This document shows positions 62,001 to 64,000 of a DNA stretch of 64,000 nt, one piece after another. Below the pieces are notes generated by a model. It was not told where the DNA came from and searched no databases. It worked only from the letters and a program-made list of their open reading frames with translations. Within the stretch, counting starts at the first letter, position 1; each line of letters opens with the position of its first letter. The translations under genes were made by a program, and so were the position numbers. This stretch comes from Azolla caroliniana (taxonomy: Eukaryota; Plantae; Polypodiophyta): positions 20,460,001 through 20,524,000 of the forward strand of contig JBHGNT010000013.1 in assembly GCA_043228905.1 (NCBI GenBank), written 5' to 3'.

Positions 62001-63932
62001 AAAAATATGGCTTGGTATTTCGGTTTCAACTTTTTTGCCTTTCTAACATTGATGATTGATCAGCAAATGAACTTCGGCTGGAGGGAGGGTACAGTGAGGA
62101 CCTGGAGAAACTTGTAACTGATGTTCTCTTTGAGGTTTGTGTTAGTTTTTCGATTTCATAAAAAAGGATTGGCAAATGGATGATATTGAGTTTGTTCAGA
62201 GTGTGTCAAATTTTAATGATATTCCTAGAATATGGTCAATATAGATCTCATACCTGCGATATGACAGGTGGTGGCGACGGAAAACAAGAAAGGACCATTT
62301 ATACTCTTTGTAAAAGAAGTAGAGAAGTCAATCATCGGGAACTTTGAGTACCATGCTGCATTCAAGGCTAAGCTTGAGAAGTTAGAGGGGGGAACTGTCG
62401 TCATTGGTTCACACACTCTGTCTGATAGTCGCAAGGAGAAGGCATGCTCACTATTAATTCTTCCTCCATGCTGCAGTTTGTGGAATTTATTATGCCAAAC
62501 ATATCATCTAATGTATTCTTTCATGGATACAGTCTCATCCAGGAGGTCTTGTGTTTACCAAGTTTGGCAGCAATCAAACAACACTTCTTGATCTTGCTTT
62601 TCCGGTAGTGGAGCTTCCTAAATCTGCATTTCTATTTTGAGGAAATTTTCATGTCAAGCAGTTGTATTACTTATTAGCACATGTTTTATATAGGACAATT
62701 TTGGGAGGCTACATGAACGCAACAAGGAGGCACCAAAAGCATCAAAGATGCTTTCCAAACTTTTTCCGAACAAGGTCAACCTGCAAATTCCACAGGTAAT
62801 TAGGGAGATGTTTGCATGGTTTCTATTCTGGCTTCATGAGTTCTTATTTTCCAACTTATGTGTGCTGTTTATTTTGTGTGGCCACAGGATGAAAACCTTC
62901 TATCTGAATGGAAACGACAACTAGAACGAGACATTGAAACTTTGAAATCCAAAGCTAACCTGGTTCAGCTACGCACGGTATGGAATTTGCCGTCCTGATA
63001 TGCAGCAATAATTTTAGAATCTAGAATATAGTGATTATCAAAATCATTGAAGACTTGTGTGCCAATAGGCCTAGAAAATACAAACAGTGATCAGATTTGT
63101 GGTAAATTTAGTTTGTGGAGTTTTTGTTACACAATGTTGACCTCATTTATGTCTCATAATCAGGCTATAAATATCTGTTTGAAAATTTACTGTGATAAGA
63201 TTGTCATCGTTTTATATAGGTGCTCGCGAGAAACAATGTTGAATGTGATGATCTTTCAACTCTCTTTGTAAAGGATCAGGCACTTACAAATGAGGGTGAG
63301 TTTTCTAGTAAATTACATAGTTTAGATTGTAGACAATCGTTGGCTCATTCTTGGGAATACTAATATGTGACAAGTCATTATGCTACAGCCACTGAAAGGA
63401 TTGTTGGTTGGGCAATCAGTGACCATCTAATGAATTGCCAAGATCCTGATATTAGAAACAGCAAGTTAGTTCTTTCCAAAGAAAGGTATACCAATTATGG
63501 TTGAAGATAGTCTTGTTGCTTGAATTTATGTTATTATGGAAATCACAATTGTATTTTGTTCCTTTACTTCAGCATTAGTCATGGGCTCAATATCCTGCAA
63601 GCAGTCCAAAATGAATCTCGTAGTTTAAAAAAGACACTTAAGGTATCATGCAAATCAAATAATTCTGGTGATACCTTTGTGAAAAGCGAGGAGTTTCTGG
63701 TGATACCTTTGTGAATAATCACTGAAAAGGTGGATTTACCTTTATTGGACAGGATGTTGTAACAGACAACGAATTTGAGAAGAGATTACTTTCAGAGGTT
63801 ATCCCACCGAGTGATATTGGAGTAACTTTTGAGGATATCGGTGCTCTTGAGAACGTGAAGGAAACACTAAAGGAACTGGTTATGCTTCCACTGCAAAGAC
63901 CAGAGCTCTTTTGTAAAGGCCAATTAACCAAG
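56089..63932 (+). CDS. Plant AAA-type ATPase with N-terminal FHA-like domain (At4g02480/At1g02890-like), 3'-partial
   Basis: 20 exons: 56089-56181, 56521-56800, 57583-57686, 57949-58065, 58150-58296, 58401-59029, 59129-59250, 59332-59426, 60863-61103, 61178-61241, 61829-61977, 62064-62134, 62268-62441, 62533-62604, 62694-62795, 62888-62977, 63220-63295, 63389-63485, 63573-63642, 63753-63932. Motifs MVSTRR, PWGKLLSQC, VSFDNFPYFLSE, RILLSGPAGSDIYQE, SHPGGLVFTKFGSNQ and IGVTFEDIGALENVKETLKELVMLPLQRPELF. Confidence 0.94.
56900..57570. repeat. Degenerate about 45-bp tandem array in AAA-ATPase intron 2
   Basis: About 12 units approximating ACCATTGATTGGCAAGGTTTT.CTCAAGATGGAGTGTATATTAT. Confidence 0.75.
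58297..58400 (+). other. U12-type (minor spliceosome) GT-AG intron
   Basis: Donor GTATCCTT and branch site TCCTTAAT at 58377-58384, close to the AG, with little polypyrimidine tract. Confidence 0.85.
62442..62532 (+). other. GC-AG intron
   Basis: AAG|GCATGC donor is required to join DSRKEK to SHPGG in frame. Confidence 0.8.
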
Positions 63933-64000
63933 GTATGCACCAAGAAATATCCTATACTCATTCATAAATAGACATACACTACAGCCTAGAGTTCTATATA

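Overview
AT-rich eukaryotic nuclear DNA from a land plant, most likely a fern. This is inferred from intronless PLS-class PPR genes with 36-aa L motifs and a WW-type DYW domain. Intron-containing genes: the 3' part of a SEC14/CRAL-TRIO gene, a 14-exon ATP-dependent phosphofructokinase, petM, an uncharacterised RVxW+CaaX protein, ribosomal protein eS10, and the 5' part of an FHA/AAA-ATPase that has one U12-type and one GC-AG intron. A cluster of three paralogous PLS-PPR editing-factor genes lies at 38.5-51.4 kb. All three appear to have lost deaminase function by different lesions. The cluster also holds a 419-bp TSD-flanked, A-tailed retroposed insert built from a triplicated PPR motif. Its 3' end matches that of two 5'-truncated LINE copies elsewhere in the window. 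Intergenic DNA holds a hAT MITE and decayed copia, gypsy and LINE remnants. Several introns contain degenerate 30-60 bp tandem arrays. All exon calls were made by eye from splice consensus and recalled protein-family similarity; no searches were run.
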